From positions 1-31,863 of the forward strand of contig QPMI01000012.1 in assembly GCA_004431415.1 (NCBI GenBank): a DNA stretch of 31,863 nt. Direction: 5' to 3'. How positions within the stretch are numbered: the stretch's first letter is position 1; every line of letters begins with the position of its first letter. This DNA is from Cyanophora paradoxa CCMP329. Taxonomy: Eukaryota; Plantae; Glaucophyta. Below the pieces are notes generated by a model. The model searched no databases, was not told the DNA's origin, and was given only the letters and a program-made list of their open reading frames with translations. A program made the position numbers and the translations under genes. Shown here piece after piece: positions 31,672 through 31,863 of the stretch.

Positions 31672-31863
31672 GCGGCGCGCTCGCCGCTGCCGCTGTGCGC
31701 TCCCGCTGAACGGCACGGTCCGCCGCCGCTGAGCGCTCGCAAGGGAGTTTCACGATGCAAGTTCTGAGCGATAGCGCACGGGTAGATGCGCGCCAACTCT
31801 GGTGTTCTTCTACAAGCCGGCGTCGGACTCGAACCGCCCCAGCCAGGCTCGATGAAGCGGAGA

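Larger units (their letters stand above)
25540..31863. repeat. Tandem segmental duplication: unit 1 about 25540-27795, unit 2 about 27796 to beyond the window end
   Basis: Homology starts at agcgc.cacgca.atctagaccagccgcggtc (about 25550 and about 27804) and covers gene X, its 3' flank, zeta-tubulin and its upstream flank. Confidence 0.85.

Overview
Eukaryotic, intron-rich, GC-rich genomic DNA, probably from a flagellated protist or alga (inferred from zeta-tubulin). Many 1-bp homopolymer indels look like long-read errors. The left half (about 0.4-15 kb) is a cluster of degenerate non-LTR retrotransposons. An L1/Tx1-clade LINE with a (TCT)n tail has a 5'-truncated copy of itself inserted into its own zinc knuckle, with a 9-bp TSD. 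There are also two diverged copies of a second LINE family with (TC)n tails, a patchwork of tiny LINE fragments and a degenerate minisatellite. The right half is genic. It holds UTP10/HEATR1 (minus strand), then a tandem duplication of the unit [unknown 10-exon gene X -> <- zeta-tubulin]. Both X copies survive, but only the second zeta-tubulin does. The most unusual signal is a recurrent micro-mutation that turns a 3-mer X into X-revcomp(X)-X, seen repeatedly by comparing paralogous copies, together with a 300-bp 'natural polylinker' island saturated with short palindromes. GC-AG introns are frequent.
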